Shown here: positions 39,375-49,119 of the stretch, one piece after another | Position numbering within the stretch: the first letter of the stretch is position 1 | Layout of the letters: every line of letters starts with the position of its first letter | NCBI GenBank assembly: GCA_963833575.1 | Contig: CAWHXY010000007.1 | Coordinates: 160,001 to 224,000 of the forward strand | Reading direction: 5' to 3' | Length of the DNA: 64,000 bases | From: Candidatus Bathyarchaeota archaeon | Lineage (GTDB): Archaea > Thermoproteota > Bathyarchaeia > Bathyarchaeales > Bathycorpusculaceae | Program-made: the position numbers and the translations under genes | Notes under the pieces: model-generated | The model's database searches: none | What the model was told of the DNA's origin: nothing | What the model saw: only the letters and a program-made list of their open reading frames with translations

Positions 39375-40891
39375 TGGTTGAACTGATAGACGTCATATTA
39401 CCGATAATAACTTTAGTAATTGGAGCATTGCTAACTGTCCCAGTTTTCAGATTTATAAGAAAAAGTACAAACAAGACTGCATTGACCCTTGGGTGGTTCA
39501 TAGCAGTATTTGCAATTGCTGGCGCAGCCGTCGCCAACTTGGCACTAAACTATTACAGCACAACAAATCCCGGCATTCTAAGTTTAGGCTTAACTAACGC
39601 TTCTTCGGCAATGTTCTCAAGCGCCTTCATGATAGACGCAATCTCCATTTACATGTCAATAATCATTGTAGCCATCAGCGCCGTAGTCGTAATCTACACA
39701 GTATTCGCACTTGGCTCAAATGAGCGACCATCAGAACGATACTTAGCCATAATGCTGATGACTACTGCAGGGCTACTTGGTGCCGTCCTAGCAGGTGACC
39801 TCTTAACATTCTTCATATTCTGGGAAGCAGCAACGGCAGGGGCAGCATTCTTAATGCTCTATAAGAAAAATGCTTTCTCGATCAATGCCACCTTAAAGTA
39901 TCTTATTATGGTCATCATTGCTTCTGCATTCATAATTTTTGGGTATTCACTTGTTTATGGGTTAACAGGAACTCTAAACTACTTGGCAGTTGGAAGCGCT
40001 TTAACACATTTAACTGGTAACAACCTGCTGATCATAGCTTTCATATTCATTGCTGCTGGATATGCCATTGAAGCCGCAATCGTGCCCTTCCACTTCTGGC
40101 TACCTGACGCTTACACTGCAGCTCCAGGACCATCAGCAGCTTTCCTCTCAGCTCTCGTTGACCAAGGCAGCTACTACATTCTCATTAGAATACTACTGTA
40201 CATCGTAGTTCCAAAGGGTTCGGGCGCAGTGTTAGATTGGACTTTGATGTTAGCGGCCTTAGCAGCAGTATCAATGATAGTTGGCAACTTATTTGCCCTT
40301 ATACAAAGTGACGTAAAACGTTTAATCGCGTACATTTGTGTTGCAGACGTCGGCTACAACCTTGTAGCAATATCAAGCGTATCTTCACTTGGTTTACTTG
40401 GCAACCTTTACTTTTTCCTAATCGGCGGGATCACTACTGGGCTTGCCTTCATGGCAGTCGGTATCCTAAATAGTCATGGATTTAAAAGCATGGATGATTT
40501 AGCGGGCGTAGGCAAGAAAATGCCGCTTGTATGCTTAGCACTAGTAATGGCTGGGCTATCCTTTGCGGGTGTTCCACCCTTCGGCGGATTCATAGGTAAA
40601 TATTTAGTCTTTACAGCCGCGATCGAAGCGAACCTGAGTTGGCTAGCAGTTATAGGTGTTTTGACAAGCGTCCTGCAAACCGCTTACATATTCAGGTTAA
40701 TCTATGTAATGTACGGCAAAAACCCCAAAGACGAAACTAGCATAAAAGAATCAAAACGCATTCTGATTCCCGTCTTTATCTTAGCTTTCACGTTGATAGT
40801 CTTAGGCTTGTTCCCAAACATCGTTCTGAACCTAATCCACCCGGTCGTTGGGCAACTTCAGACAATTATTCCAACGCTACCATCAATCTAA
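39374..40891 (+). CDS. NuoN-like antiporter subunit
   Basis: FWE, VPFHFWLPDAYTAAP, KRLIAY, AGVPPFGGF.GK. Confidence 0.92.
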   Translation: MVELIDVILPIITLVIGALLTVPVFRFIRKSTNKTALTLGWFIAVFAIAGAAVANLALNYYSTTNPGILSLGLTNASSAMFSSAFMIDAISIYMSIIIVAISAVVVIYTVFALGSNERPSERYLAIMLMTTAGLLGAVLAGDLLTFFIFWEAATAGAAFLMLYKKNAFSINATLKYLIMVIIASAFIIFGYSLVYGLTGTLNYLAVGSALTHLTGNNLLIIAFIFIAAGYAIEAAIVPFHFWLPDAYTAAPGPSAAFLSALVDQGSYYILIRILLYIVVPKGSGAVLDWTLMLAALAAVSMIVGNLFALIQSDVKRLIAYICVADVGYNLVAISSVSSLGLLGNLYFFLIGGITTGLAFMAVGILNSHGFKSMDDLAGVGKKMPLVCLALVMAGLSFAGVPPFGGFIGKYLVFTAAIEANLSWLAVIGVLTSVLQTAYIFRLIYVMYGKNPKDETSIKESKRILIPVFILAFTLIVLGLFPNIVLNLIHPVVGQLQTIIPTLPSI

Positions 40892-41018
40892 GAAATAGAC
40901 TACGCCAAAAAAAGACAAACCCTTTTTCATTTTTCTTTCTATTTTCAGAATAAATAAAATTGGAAACTAGAATGGGGAAAAAAAGAGAGTTTGTTGTTGT
41001 CTACTCGTATCTTTTTTG

Positions 41019-41672
41019 CTAGACTTCTATGCTTGTTTTTTTGTTTGCTGCGATTCCAGTGGATACTTCGGGAAATTGGTCCCTAATTCTTTTTTCTGCA
41101 GCTACTTCTGCTTCCTCCAAGATTGCTAGTGCATCCTCGTTAACCACGCCAAGATTTACTGGTGATTCTGATGATTGACTAGTCGATGTGCAGATGTCTC
41201 CTAGTAGGCTTCCGATGCTTTCAAGTTCTTGGCTTGCCTGTGGCAAAATGCCTGACATCCCTGAACGGACGGTGTTTAGTACACTTTTTGCGGGAGCTAA
41301 TACTGCAACTAAGTCGCCGACTTCTGAGACGGTTCTAAGACGCATCGAAACACTTTCTAAAGCGAGGGATTCTTGAATCAACATTTTTTCTACTTTGCGT
41401 ATTTCCCCAAGTTCGTTGGCATATATGTTTGCCCGTGCAGTATCTCGGTTTGCGATTGATTTAACTACAGATTGGAATATGACTGCATCGCGGTTCTGAA
41501 ATCTTTGTACCGCTGCATCTATTGTTTTGGTTTGAACATCTAAGCGTTGAATAACCATGTTGATTTGATCTTTTACGTTTTCGACCGGCTTGCCAATGCT
41601 TTTGATTTTTGATTTTAATGATGGTTCATCCTGCTCTTTACTTTTCCATCCTTTGATGAATCGGTTACCCAA
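41019..41672 (-). CDS. ESCRT-III (Snf7-fold) CdvB-family protein
   Basis: RANIYANEL.EIRK......LALE.V..RL.TV...GD; archaeal CdvB pattern, no C-terminal wH extension. Confidence 0.85.
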   Translation of the reverse strand: MGNRFIKGWKSKEQDEPSLKSKIKSIGKPVENVKDQINMVIQRLDVQTKTIDAAVQRFQNRDAVIFQSVVKSIANRDTARANIYANELGEIRKVEKMLIQESLALESVSMRLRTVSEVGDLVAVLAPAKSVLNTVRSGMSGILPQASQELESIGSLLGDICTSTSQSSESPVNLGVVNEDALAILEEAEVAAEKRIRDQFPEVSTGIAANKKTSIEV

Positions 41673-42002
41673 GTTAATTTCTCCTAAGTTTAATTCAAGC
41701 TCACCTGTGACTGAGAATATAAAAAATTGTTTGAAACAATAAGTTAAAACCGAACACTCTGAAAACCCTATTTTTAATTTTACTTCTAAACAATCAACCG
41801 CTTGAGAGGCTTTTTTCGGTGAATTTATTCGAAAGTTAAGGTAAACTAGGAAAAATCTGTATTTATAGGATGTAAAATTATTGTTTGGGCGTCATCTTTT
41901 TGAATCTTATTTAGCGAAACAATGCCTGAACTTCATGCATAATTTTGTTCAATATTGTCAATTTGGACTTTTTGAACAAAGGATTGTGGTGCTTTTTTGT
42001 TG

Positions 42003-42142
42003 ATTTTCTTATTTTCTTATTTTCTTATTTTCTTATTTTCTTATTTTCTTATTTTCTTATTTTCTTATTTTCTTATTTTCTTATTTTCTTATTTTCTTAT
42101 TTTCTTATTTTCTTATTTTCTTATTTTCTTATTTTCTTATTT
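42003..42142. repeat. Perfect tandem octamer (ATTTTCTT) x17.5
   Basis: Counted 17 full units from 42003 plus ATTT; overlaps the proA stop codon. Confidence 0.97.
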
Positions 42143-43370
42143 GTCCATTGCCTAAAATAATATATTTTGTCGTTGTTAGGTGTTGTACGCTCATGGGTCC
42201 TCTTGCGTGTAGTTTTTGGGTGCTGATTCCAATTTCTGCACCTAGGCCGAATTGGTTGCCGTCGGTGAATCGTGTGGATGCGTTCCAGTAGACTGCGGCG
42301 GAATCTATTTCATGTATAAACTTCATAGCTTTGTCGAAGTCTGCTGTGAGAATGGAGTCGGAATGCTTCGTGCCGTATTTGTTAATGTGGGCTATAGCTT
42401 CGTCCAGGTTTTTGACGACTTTTACACCTATGATTAGGTCTAGGTATTCGGTGTACCAGTCTTGTTCTGTTGCAAGCTTAACGTCGGAAACGATTTTTCG
42501 GGTTTCTTCGTCGCCTCTAACTTCGACGCCTTCCTTTCGTAGAGCTGCGACTACAAGGGGCAGGTAATATTTAGCGATTTTTTTGTGGACGAGGAGTTTT
42601 TCTGCTGCATTGCATGTTCCAGGTCTTTGGCATTTGGAGTTTATCACTATGAGTGTTGCTTTTTCTAAGTCTGCATCTTCTTCAATGTAAATGTGGCAGT
42701 TGCCTGTTCCTGTTTCAATAACGGGGATTCTTGAAGTTTCAACTACTGTTTTGATTAAATCTGCACCACCTCGGGGAATAAGTACATCGATGTACTGGCG
42801 CATACGCATCAACTCTTCCGCCACTTTACGATCAGGAGAATTCACTACTTGGACAGCGTCGACGGGGACATTTGTTGTAGACAAAGCATCTCGGAGAACT
42901 TCACCTATGGCTACGTTTGAATTTAATGCGTCTGAGCCGCCCCTAAGGATTACTGCGTTGCCTGATTTGATGCAGATGCTTGCAGAATCAGAGGTTACGT
43001 TAGGTCGTGACTCATAAATTACGCCTACAACGCCTAATGGTACGCGAACCTGGCTGATGATCAAGCCGTTTGGTCTTGTCCAAGTGTTTAAGATCGTGCC
43101 GATTGGATCTGCTAAGGTAGAAACTTCCCGCATATCCTTTGCCATACTCTGAATTTTCTTTTGGTCAAGCGATAAACGGTCAAGCAATGCGGCCTTGAGC
43201 CCTTTAGCTTTAGCAGCTTCTACATCTGCATTGTTTGCAGCCAAAATTTTTTCAGCGTTCGCTTCAAGGGCATTTGCCATTCTGCAGAGTGCCGTGTTTT
43301 TTGCTTCGGCTGAGATTTTTGCGATTTCAACTGAAGCCGCTTTGGCTCTTTGGCATATTTCGGTTATCAT
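42129..43370 (-). CDS. proA: Gamma-glutamyl phosphate reductase
   Basis: VPLGV..VIYESRPNV, LRGGS, PRGG, CNA.E, NASTRF.DG..FGLGAEIGIST.KLHARGP. Confidence 0.97.
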   Translation of the reverse strand: MITEICQRAKAASVEIAKISAEAKNTALCRMANALEANAEKILAANNADVEAAKAKGLKAALLDRLSLDQKKIQSMAKDMREVSTLADPIGTILNTWTRPNGLIISQVRVPLGVVGVIYESRPNVTSDSASICIKSGNAVILRGGSDALNSNVAIGEVLRDALSTTNVPVDAVQVVNSPDRKVAEELMRMRQYIDVLIPRGGADLIKTVVETSRIPVIETGTGNCHIYIEEDADLEKATLIVINSKCQRPGTCNAAEKLLVHKKIAKYYLPLVVAALRKEGVEVRGDEETRKIVSDVKLATEQDWYTEYLDLIIGVKVVKNLDEAIAHINKYGTKHSDSILTADFDKAMKFIHEIDSAAVYWNASTRFTDGNQFGLGAEIGISTQKLHARGPMSVQHLTTTKYIILGNGQIRK

Positions 43371-44497
43371 CTTTCTTCCCCGATTAAGTGGATATTTCTA
43401 TGGTCAACAACTTCTTTAGGTTTGTCGCTACCAAGTTCTTTTTGAACTTCTGATGCTTGTAAGCCTTTTATTAGATTTAATTCGCCGCTTGTGAAGTTGG
43501 GGTTGGCTTTTGCAAACTCAACCTTGTTTTCGTCAACTAGATTTACGACGTCGCCAACATTGAAATTTCCAACAACTCGCGTTACTCCAACAGGCAACAA
43601 GCTTGAGCCTTCAAGAATTGCTTTCTTTGCACCATTATTCACGTGGATTTGCCCCTTAACAGCAGCTCCATAAGCTATCCAACGCTTCACAAAAGGCATT
43701 GTTTTCTGTGGCTTAAAATAAGTGCCCACACTTTTTCCCGATAGAATGTCAAGCAGCACGTTTTCTCTTCTGCTGTTGGCAATCACAACAGTGATGCCAC
43801 AGGAAGTTGCTATTTCAGCAGCCTTAATCTTGCTCTGGATTCCGCCTCGTCCCAATTTACTTTTTCCGTTTAGAGAGGCTTTCAATTGGGGTGTTATGGT
43901 GTCTACTGTTTTGATTAGTTTTGCGTCCGCTTCTTGGGGGTCAGCGGTGAATAAGCCATCAACGTCAGAGAGAATTATGGCCATATCGGCGCCTATTGCT
44001 CCAGCGACTAAAACAGACAGAATATCGTTGTCGCTGAAGTTTAGTTTGTAGCCTTCGGTTCGTTTGAGTTCTGTTACCGAGGTTACGTCGTTTTCGTTTA
44101 TAATGGGGATGACGCCTGATTTTATTAACATCATTAACACGTTGCAGATGTGCATGTATGACGCACGATTGGAAAGGTCCTCGGCAGTAAGCAGGATTTG
44201 TGCAACTTTTAGTTCGTGTTCTTTGAAAAGCTCCCGATACTTAGCCATCAAAACGCTTTGGCCTGTTGCGGCTGCGGCTTGTTGAAAGACTACATCATTA
44301 GGTTTTGGGGGTATACCAAGTTCAGCTATGCCTGCGGCTACTGCTCCCGATGTTACAAGTACGACTTTGTCGCCCTGTTTGGTTACAGCGGCTATTTGAC
44401 CAGTCAGTTTTCGCATTTCTTCTTCATCAAGAGTTCCTTCACTCTTTGTTATGCCGCTTGTTCCAACCTTTACAACAATTAATCTTGAAGTCATCAC
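43367..44497 (-). CDS. proB: Glutamate 5-kinase with PUA domain
   Basis: VVKVGTS, SGAVAAG, PIINEND, DND.LS, LLPVGV. Confidence 0.97.
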   Translation of the reverse strand: MMTSRLIVVKVGTSGITKSEGTLDEEEMRKLTGQIAAVTKQGDKVVLVTSGAVAAGIAELGIPPKPNDVVFQQAAAATGQSVLMAKYRELFKEHELKVAQILLTAEDLSNRASYMHICNVLMMLIKSGVIPIINENDVTSVTELKRTEGYKLNFSDNDILSVLVAGAIGADMAIILSDVDGLFTADPQEADAKLIKTVDTITPQLKASLNGKSKLGRGGIQSKIKAAEIATSCGITVVIANSRRENVLLDILSGKSVGTYFKPQKTMPFVKRWIAYGAAVKGQIHVNNGAKKAILEGSSLLPVGVTRVVGNFNVGDVVNLVDENKVEFAKANPNFTSGELNLIKGLQASEVQKELGSDKPKEVVDHRNIHLIGEER

Positions 44498-44669
44498 TTA
44501 ATCACTTTAGGCATAGACTTATTGAGATATGTTTGCAACTTCCTTAAAAATGCAACCAAATTTACAAAACTAAAAATTCATTTTATTGGTTTAAAATCCA
44601 GCTTTGTACATTACAGCGCCTAAATCTTTTAGAAAAACATATATAGAAAATGGTTGTGGCTTGTTAAAC

Positions 44670-46901
44670 ATGTACATACCCATTCAAGCATTAGCAACAT
44701 CTGTTAATTCACCATCCCCACTAGTATTTTGGATTGCACCAATCGCTGGTGTTATCGCCGTTCTGGCTTCACTTTTGCTTATGCGCCATATAGGCAAAAT
44801 GAGCCCCGGTGGTCCAAAAGCACAGGAAGTAGGAAATGCCATTCGTGAAGGCGCATATGCCTTTTTGAAAAGGCAGTATAAAACAATCGCAATAATCACA
44901 GTAGTCGTTTTCGTGTTGCTGTGGGTTGCCCTACCAAGTGGATATCTTGGCGTAGGAACGGCTGCGGCCTTTTTAGTAGGAGCAGTCGCGTCGTTGGCTG
45001 CTGGCTACATAGCCATGGACAACGCAACCAAAGCAAACGTTCGCACGGTTGCAGCGGCAAAAGATGGCGCTGAAAAAGCTCTTAAAACCGCATTTTACGG
45101 CGGCGCCACGATGGGTATGGCTGTTGTTGGTTTATCTCTTTTGGGTGTAAGTTTTCTATTCTTGCTTTACGGTGGCTACAACGCCATGTTTGGCACATTA
45201 AGTGTTTCTGATGCTGCAACTTTGGGCAGGCAAGCTGCAAGCGGCATCGTCGGTATGGGTTTTGGTGCCTCATTAATCGCTTTGTTCGCCCAGCTTGGAG
45301 GCGGAATTTACACAAAAGCCGCAGACGTTGGAGCAGACTTGGTGGGTAAAGTTGAAGCAGGTATTCCTGAAGATGATCCACGCAATCCCGCAGTGATCGC
45401 TGATAACGTTGGAGATAACGTTGGTGACTCGGCTGGACGTGGCGCAGACTTGTTTGAATCTGCCACTGGGGAAAACATCGGGGGAATGATTATCGGTGGC
45501 TTAATTAGCATCGCTACTGGAAACCTGTTGTTCTTGGTTTTCCCGCTTATTGCTAGGGCTCTTGGAATTTTTGCAACTTTAATTGGCATGCCTTTCGTTA
45601 AGCTTAATGAAGCAGAAGCGAAGCATCCAATGAAAGCATTAAGAAAAGGCCTCATGGTAACCACAATAATTTCAGGCATTCTGTTCCTCTTTGCAACAAT
45701 TTTCCTCTTAGGCAACGGCGATTTCTCAATGACCTTCTTCTACCTATACTTCTGTTTACTCTCAGGCTTAGCTGCAAGCGTAGCGATCGACTACATTACT
45801 GACTACTATACAGGAAGTGACCGAGGTCCAGTTGGAAGAATCGCTAAAGCTAGCCAAACAGGAGCAGCAACCAACATAATCACGGGGTTCGCAGTAGGAC
45901 TCGAAACAACGGCGTTACCTGTAGTCTCGCTAGTTATTGCGCTTGTGACATCTTACTACTTTGGCACACAATTCGCAATTTCATGGAACGCTACACACGC
46001 GGCACAAATTACGCCCTTCATAGGTGGAATTTACGGAACCACACTTGCAACCATGGGCATGCTTGCAGTCATGGGCATGGTACTGGCACTTGACGGCTTT
46101 GGCCCAATCGCTGACAACGCAGCAGGCATAGCTGAAATGTCCGGAGAAGGCGGCGCAGAAGCAACCATGGAAGCCTTAGACGCAGTTGGAAACACAACGA
46201 AAGCTTTAACCAAAGGATTTGCACTTGGCTCAGCTCTGCTCGCGGCTCAACTGCTATTCCAAACATACTCTTCAGAAGTCACAACATACGCAACGACTCA
46301 CGCTGGCTATTTAAGCACTGCGACATTTGCCGTAGACATCTCAAACCCTGCAGTTCTAATAGCTGGTTTCATCGGTGCAATGTTGCCCTTCTTCTTCTCT
46401 TCGCAAGCTATCAGCGCAGTAGGAAAAGCAGCTGCAGAAATGGTTGATGAAGTGAGACGGCAATTCAGAGAAATCCCTGGTATCATGGAAGGAACCGGTA
46501 AACCTGACTACGGTAAAGCCGTAGACATTAGTACAAAAGCAGCGCTAAAAGGCATGGTGCTTCCTGGCCTAATCCTTGTGATTGTTCCAATAATTGTCGG
46601 TGTCCTCTTAGGACCTGAAGCAGTAGGAGCATTCGTGATCGGCGCAACACTATCAGCTGTTCCACTAGCACTGTTCATGAATACTGGTGGAGGCGCATGG
46701 GACAACGCAAAGAAATTCATTGAAACAGGCAAATACGGTGGCAAAGGCTCACCAGCGCACGCAGCAGCAGTAGTTGGCGACACAGTTGGAGACCCATTAA
46801 AAGACACAGCAGGACCAAGCCTACACGTACTCATAAAACTGCTAAGCACACTATCAATCGTCTTCATCCCGCTGTTTCTAAACCTGCTGCACCTCATATA
46901 A
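44670..46901 (+). CDS. hppA: Membrane-bound pyrophosphatase, predicted K+-independent H+ pump
   Basis: GGGIYTKAADVGADLVGKVE, DNVGDNVGD, GNTTKA (Lys variant), GDTVGDPLKD; ATG 44670 (track start 44604). Confidence 0.95.
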   Translation: MYIPIQALATSVNSPSPLVFWIAPIAGVIAVLASLLLMRHIGKMSPGGPKAQEVGNAIREGAYAFLKRQYKTIAIITVVVFVLLWVALPSGYLGVGTAAAFLVGAVASLAAGYIAMDNATKANVRTVAAAKDGAEKALKTAFYGGATMGMAVVGLSLLGVSFLFLLYGGYNAMFGTLSVSDAATLGRQAASGIVGMGFGASLIALFAQLGGGIYTKAADVGADLVGKVEAGIPEDDPRNPAVIADNVGDNVGDSAGRGADLFESATGENIGGMIIGGLISIATGNLLFLVFPLIARALGIFATLIGMPFVKLNEAEAKHPMKALRKGLMVTTIISGILFLFATIFLLGNGDFSMTFFYLYFCLLSGLAASVAIDYITDYYTGSDRGPVGRIAKASQTGAATNIITGFAVGLETTALPVVSLVIALVTSYYFGTQFAISWNATHAAQITPFIGGIYGTTLATMGMLAVMGMVLALDGFGPIADNAAGIAEMSGEGGAEATMEALDAVGNTTKALTKGFALGSALLAAQLLFQTYSSEVTTYATTHAGYLSTATFAVDISNPAVLIAGFIGAMLPFFFSSQAISAVGKAAAEMVDEVRRQFREIPGIMEGTGKPDYGKAVDISTKAALKGMVLPGLILVIVPIIVGVLLGPEAVGAFVIGATLSAVPLALFMNTGGGAWDNAKKFIETGKYGGKGSPAHAAAVVGDTVGDPLKDTAGPSLHVLIKLLSTLSIVFIPLFLNLLHLI

Positions 46902-47020
46902 GAGGACTTTTTTTCTTCCTCTTCCATTTTTTGAGATTTTTTTGTTTTATTTTTTCGTTTTGTAGAAATTAATTTTGAAACTATTGTCTAATGAGTAAAT
47001 TTCTGAAAAATATTCTTTCT

Positions 47021-47249
47021 AAGGAGAACAACAACAGTTGGTGGTAGCACTGGGTGTTGTTCTTCTCTTGAGAGAAGAAGGAGGACAAACGCAGGGGACG
47101 TTGTGTCCTCCTTCTACCAGGCGTAACCAAAGAAGAAGAAGAAACTTGCAGGGTGCGCACTTCTTCTTCTTTCACTTTTGAATTAACTTGAGTTTCGGAA
47201 GGGTTGAAAAGGAGGATTTCAAATTTGGTCTGTTCTTAAACTTCCTTTT
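47021..47249. other. Array of 3-4 adjacent hairpins, candidate structured RNA
   Basis: Stems 47025-33/47055-63, 47076-87/47104-15, 47129-41/47160-72, weaker 47207-15/47241-49. Confidence 0.6.
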
Positions 47250-47304
47250 TGGTGTAGTATGTTTTTATTTCTTAGTGCCGCAATTAGTTAAAGAAGTGTA
47301 AATC

Positions 47305-48393
47305 GTGAAAATTGTTCAGAAAAATATAGAGCAAGATTTCGTTAAAGTGGTTCCTGATTCACCAGATGACCTTTGGCATCTCTACAACGTTATCTATGCT
47401 GGCGATGAGGTTTACGCTTACAGTTCAAGAGCGATAAAAAGTGATACTGAAGCCTCGCGTCCCAAAAGTGGCGAGCGGGTTTCGGCGTTCATGGGGGTAA
47501 AAGTGATTTCAGTTAGTTGGGACAAATTTCTTGGGAAACTGCGGGTTCATGGTTTAATTTGTCATGCGCCCGACATAATTCCAACAGGAGCTCATCACAC
47601 TCTTAGCATAGCGTTGAATCAGCAAGTAACAATTGTAAAGAAACAATGGCCCAAACACATCTTAGACAGGCTTGAGCGGGCAAGCGAAACTGAAAAACCA
47701 ATGATTATCGTTTCTATAGACGACGAAGGATTCGCGATTGCGGAAACCAAACAATACGGCGTAGAAACCCGAGTTGAACAACGAACTAGATTGCCGGGAA
47801 AACAAGATGCTGATAAACGAGAAGAAGCCACAAAAGGATACTTTCGTCTCGCAGTCAATAGTCTGGAAAAATTATGGAGCCAAAACCATAATCCAATTGT
47901 TATTATCGGCGCTGGCTTTGTCAAAAATGACTTTGTAAAATATTTGAATGAAGAAGCGCCCCAGATGGCTAAATCTGTTGCTGATGTAAAAAGTGTTAAC
48001 AACGGTGGCACAGCAGGAATCGACGAAGCCTTACGAGCTGGCATTTTACTGAAAGCCTCTCATCGACTTCGAGTAGTAGATGAAACGGAAACCATGGAGG
48101 AAGTTATGAAACGACTCGGAAAGGGCGAAGGAACAGTCACCTATGGTTTGGACGCAGTTGAGAATGCCGCCAATATGGGCGCTATTGAAAAACTGGTTGT
48201 TGCTGATACAATGCTTCGAGACGCCGATGAAACGCAACGATTGAAACTCGAGGGACTAATGCGAGAAGTTGAGAAGCGGCGTGCAAGCGTAACCGTGGTT
48301 AGCACCGAGCACGAAGCGGGCGCAAAACTGTTGAGCTTAGGCGGTATCGTGGCTTTACTTAGGTTTCCACTTTACCGAGAGGCAACAAGTTAA
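47305..48393 (+). CDS. pelA: mRNA surveillance protein pelota
   Basis: DDLWHLYN.I..GD, G.HHTL, GAGF.K, V.YG, EH.AG..L..LGGI.ALLRF. Confidence 0.95.
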   Translation: MKIVQKNIEQDFVKVVPDSPDDLWHLYNVIYAGDEVYAYSSRAIKSDTEASRPKSGERVSAFMGVKVISVSWDKFLGKLRVHGLICHAPDIIPTGAHHTLSIALNQQVTIVKKQWPKHILDRLERASETEKPMIIVSIDDEGFAIAETKQYGVETRVEQRTRLPGKQDADKREEATKGYFRLAVNSLEKLWSQNHNPIVIIGAGFVKNDFVKYLNEEAPQMAKSVADVKSVNNGGTAGIDEALRAGILLKASHRLRVVDETETMEEVMKRLGKGEGTVTYGLDAVENAANMGAIEKLVVADTMLRDADETQRLKLEGLMREVEKRRASVTVVSTEHEAGAKLLSLGGIVALLRFPLYREATS

Positions 48394-48552
48394 CCAATTC
48401 TTCTCAGGTTTTCACTCTCTCTCAAAATCGGATTCTTAACTTAATCATCTTCTTGGTAAACATTTTTTAACCTGACGAGCGGTTGAGAAGTCTTTATAAA
48501 GATGCTTTATATACCCCCTATTAGTATTTAAATGCTCAACGCGTGAGTTGAC

Positions 48553-49119
48553 ATGAGTAAACGAAAACCAATTATTAATATCCAAAACATTGTAGCTTCA
48601 GTCTCACTTAATCAAAAGATCGACTTACAAAAAATCGTAGAAAAATTTCCTCAAACTGAATACAACCCAAGCGTATTTCCAGGCTTAGTTTTCAGATTAA
48701 AAAAACCAAAAACAGCTACATTAATTTTCGGCACAGGCAAAATGGTTTGCACAGGCGCTAAATCAGAAAAGGAATCTCGAAGCGCAGTAGAGAAAGTTGT
48801 TAAAGAGCTTCGAAGTGAAGGAATCCAAATTACAGAAAAACCTGTCGTAATGATCCAAAACATTGTTGCATCAGCAGAACTCGGCGGAGAAATTGACCTT
48901 GAAAGCCTAGTCTACAAACTTGAGCGCGTCATGTACGAACCAGAGCAGTTCCCTGGAGCAGTATTCCGAATGGCTGAACCTAAAGTAGTCTTTCTAATCT
49001 TCTCGGCTGGAAAACTCGTCTGCGTAGGCGCTAAAAAAGAAGAACAAGTTTACGAAGCAGTCGACAAAATACAGGCACTACTTGAAGAAAAAGAACTCAT
49101 CTACTACCCCGCTCCTTAA
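48553..49119 (+). CDS. tbp: TATA-box binding protein
   Basis: Two repeats IQNIVAS...YxP..FPG..FR...LIF..GK.VC.GAK. Confidence 0.98.
   Translation: MSKRKPIINIQNIVASVSLNQKIDLQKIVEKFPQTEYNPSVFPGLVFRLKKPKTATLIFGTGKMVCTGAKSEKESRSAVEKVVKELRSEGIQITEKPVVMIQNIVASAELGGEIDLESLVYKLERVMYEPEQFPGAVFRMAEPKVVFLIFSAGKLVCVGAKKEEQVYEAVDKIQALLEEKELIYYPAP

Noticed and set aside
31157-40891. Annotation as NADH:quinone or F420H2 dehydrogenase
   Set aside because: No NuoEFG or FpoF input module, and Ni-binding CxxC motifs are intact
42003-42142. Possible CRISPR array
   Set aside because: Contiguous 8-bp units with no spacers; no cas genes and no CRISPR array seen in the window
41945-42160. ORF with FLIFLFSY repeats
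   Set aside because: It is only the translation of the octamer tandem repeat
46981-47175. 64-aa minus-strand ORF
   Set aside because: Low-complexity product of the hairpin array, with no protein-like features
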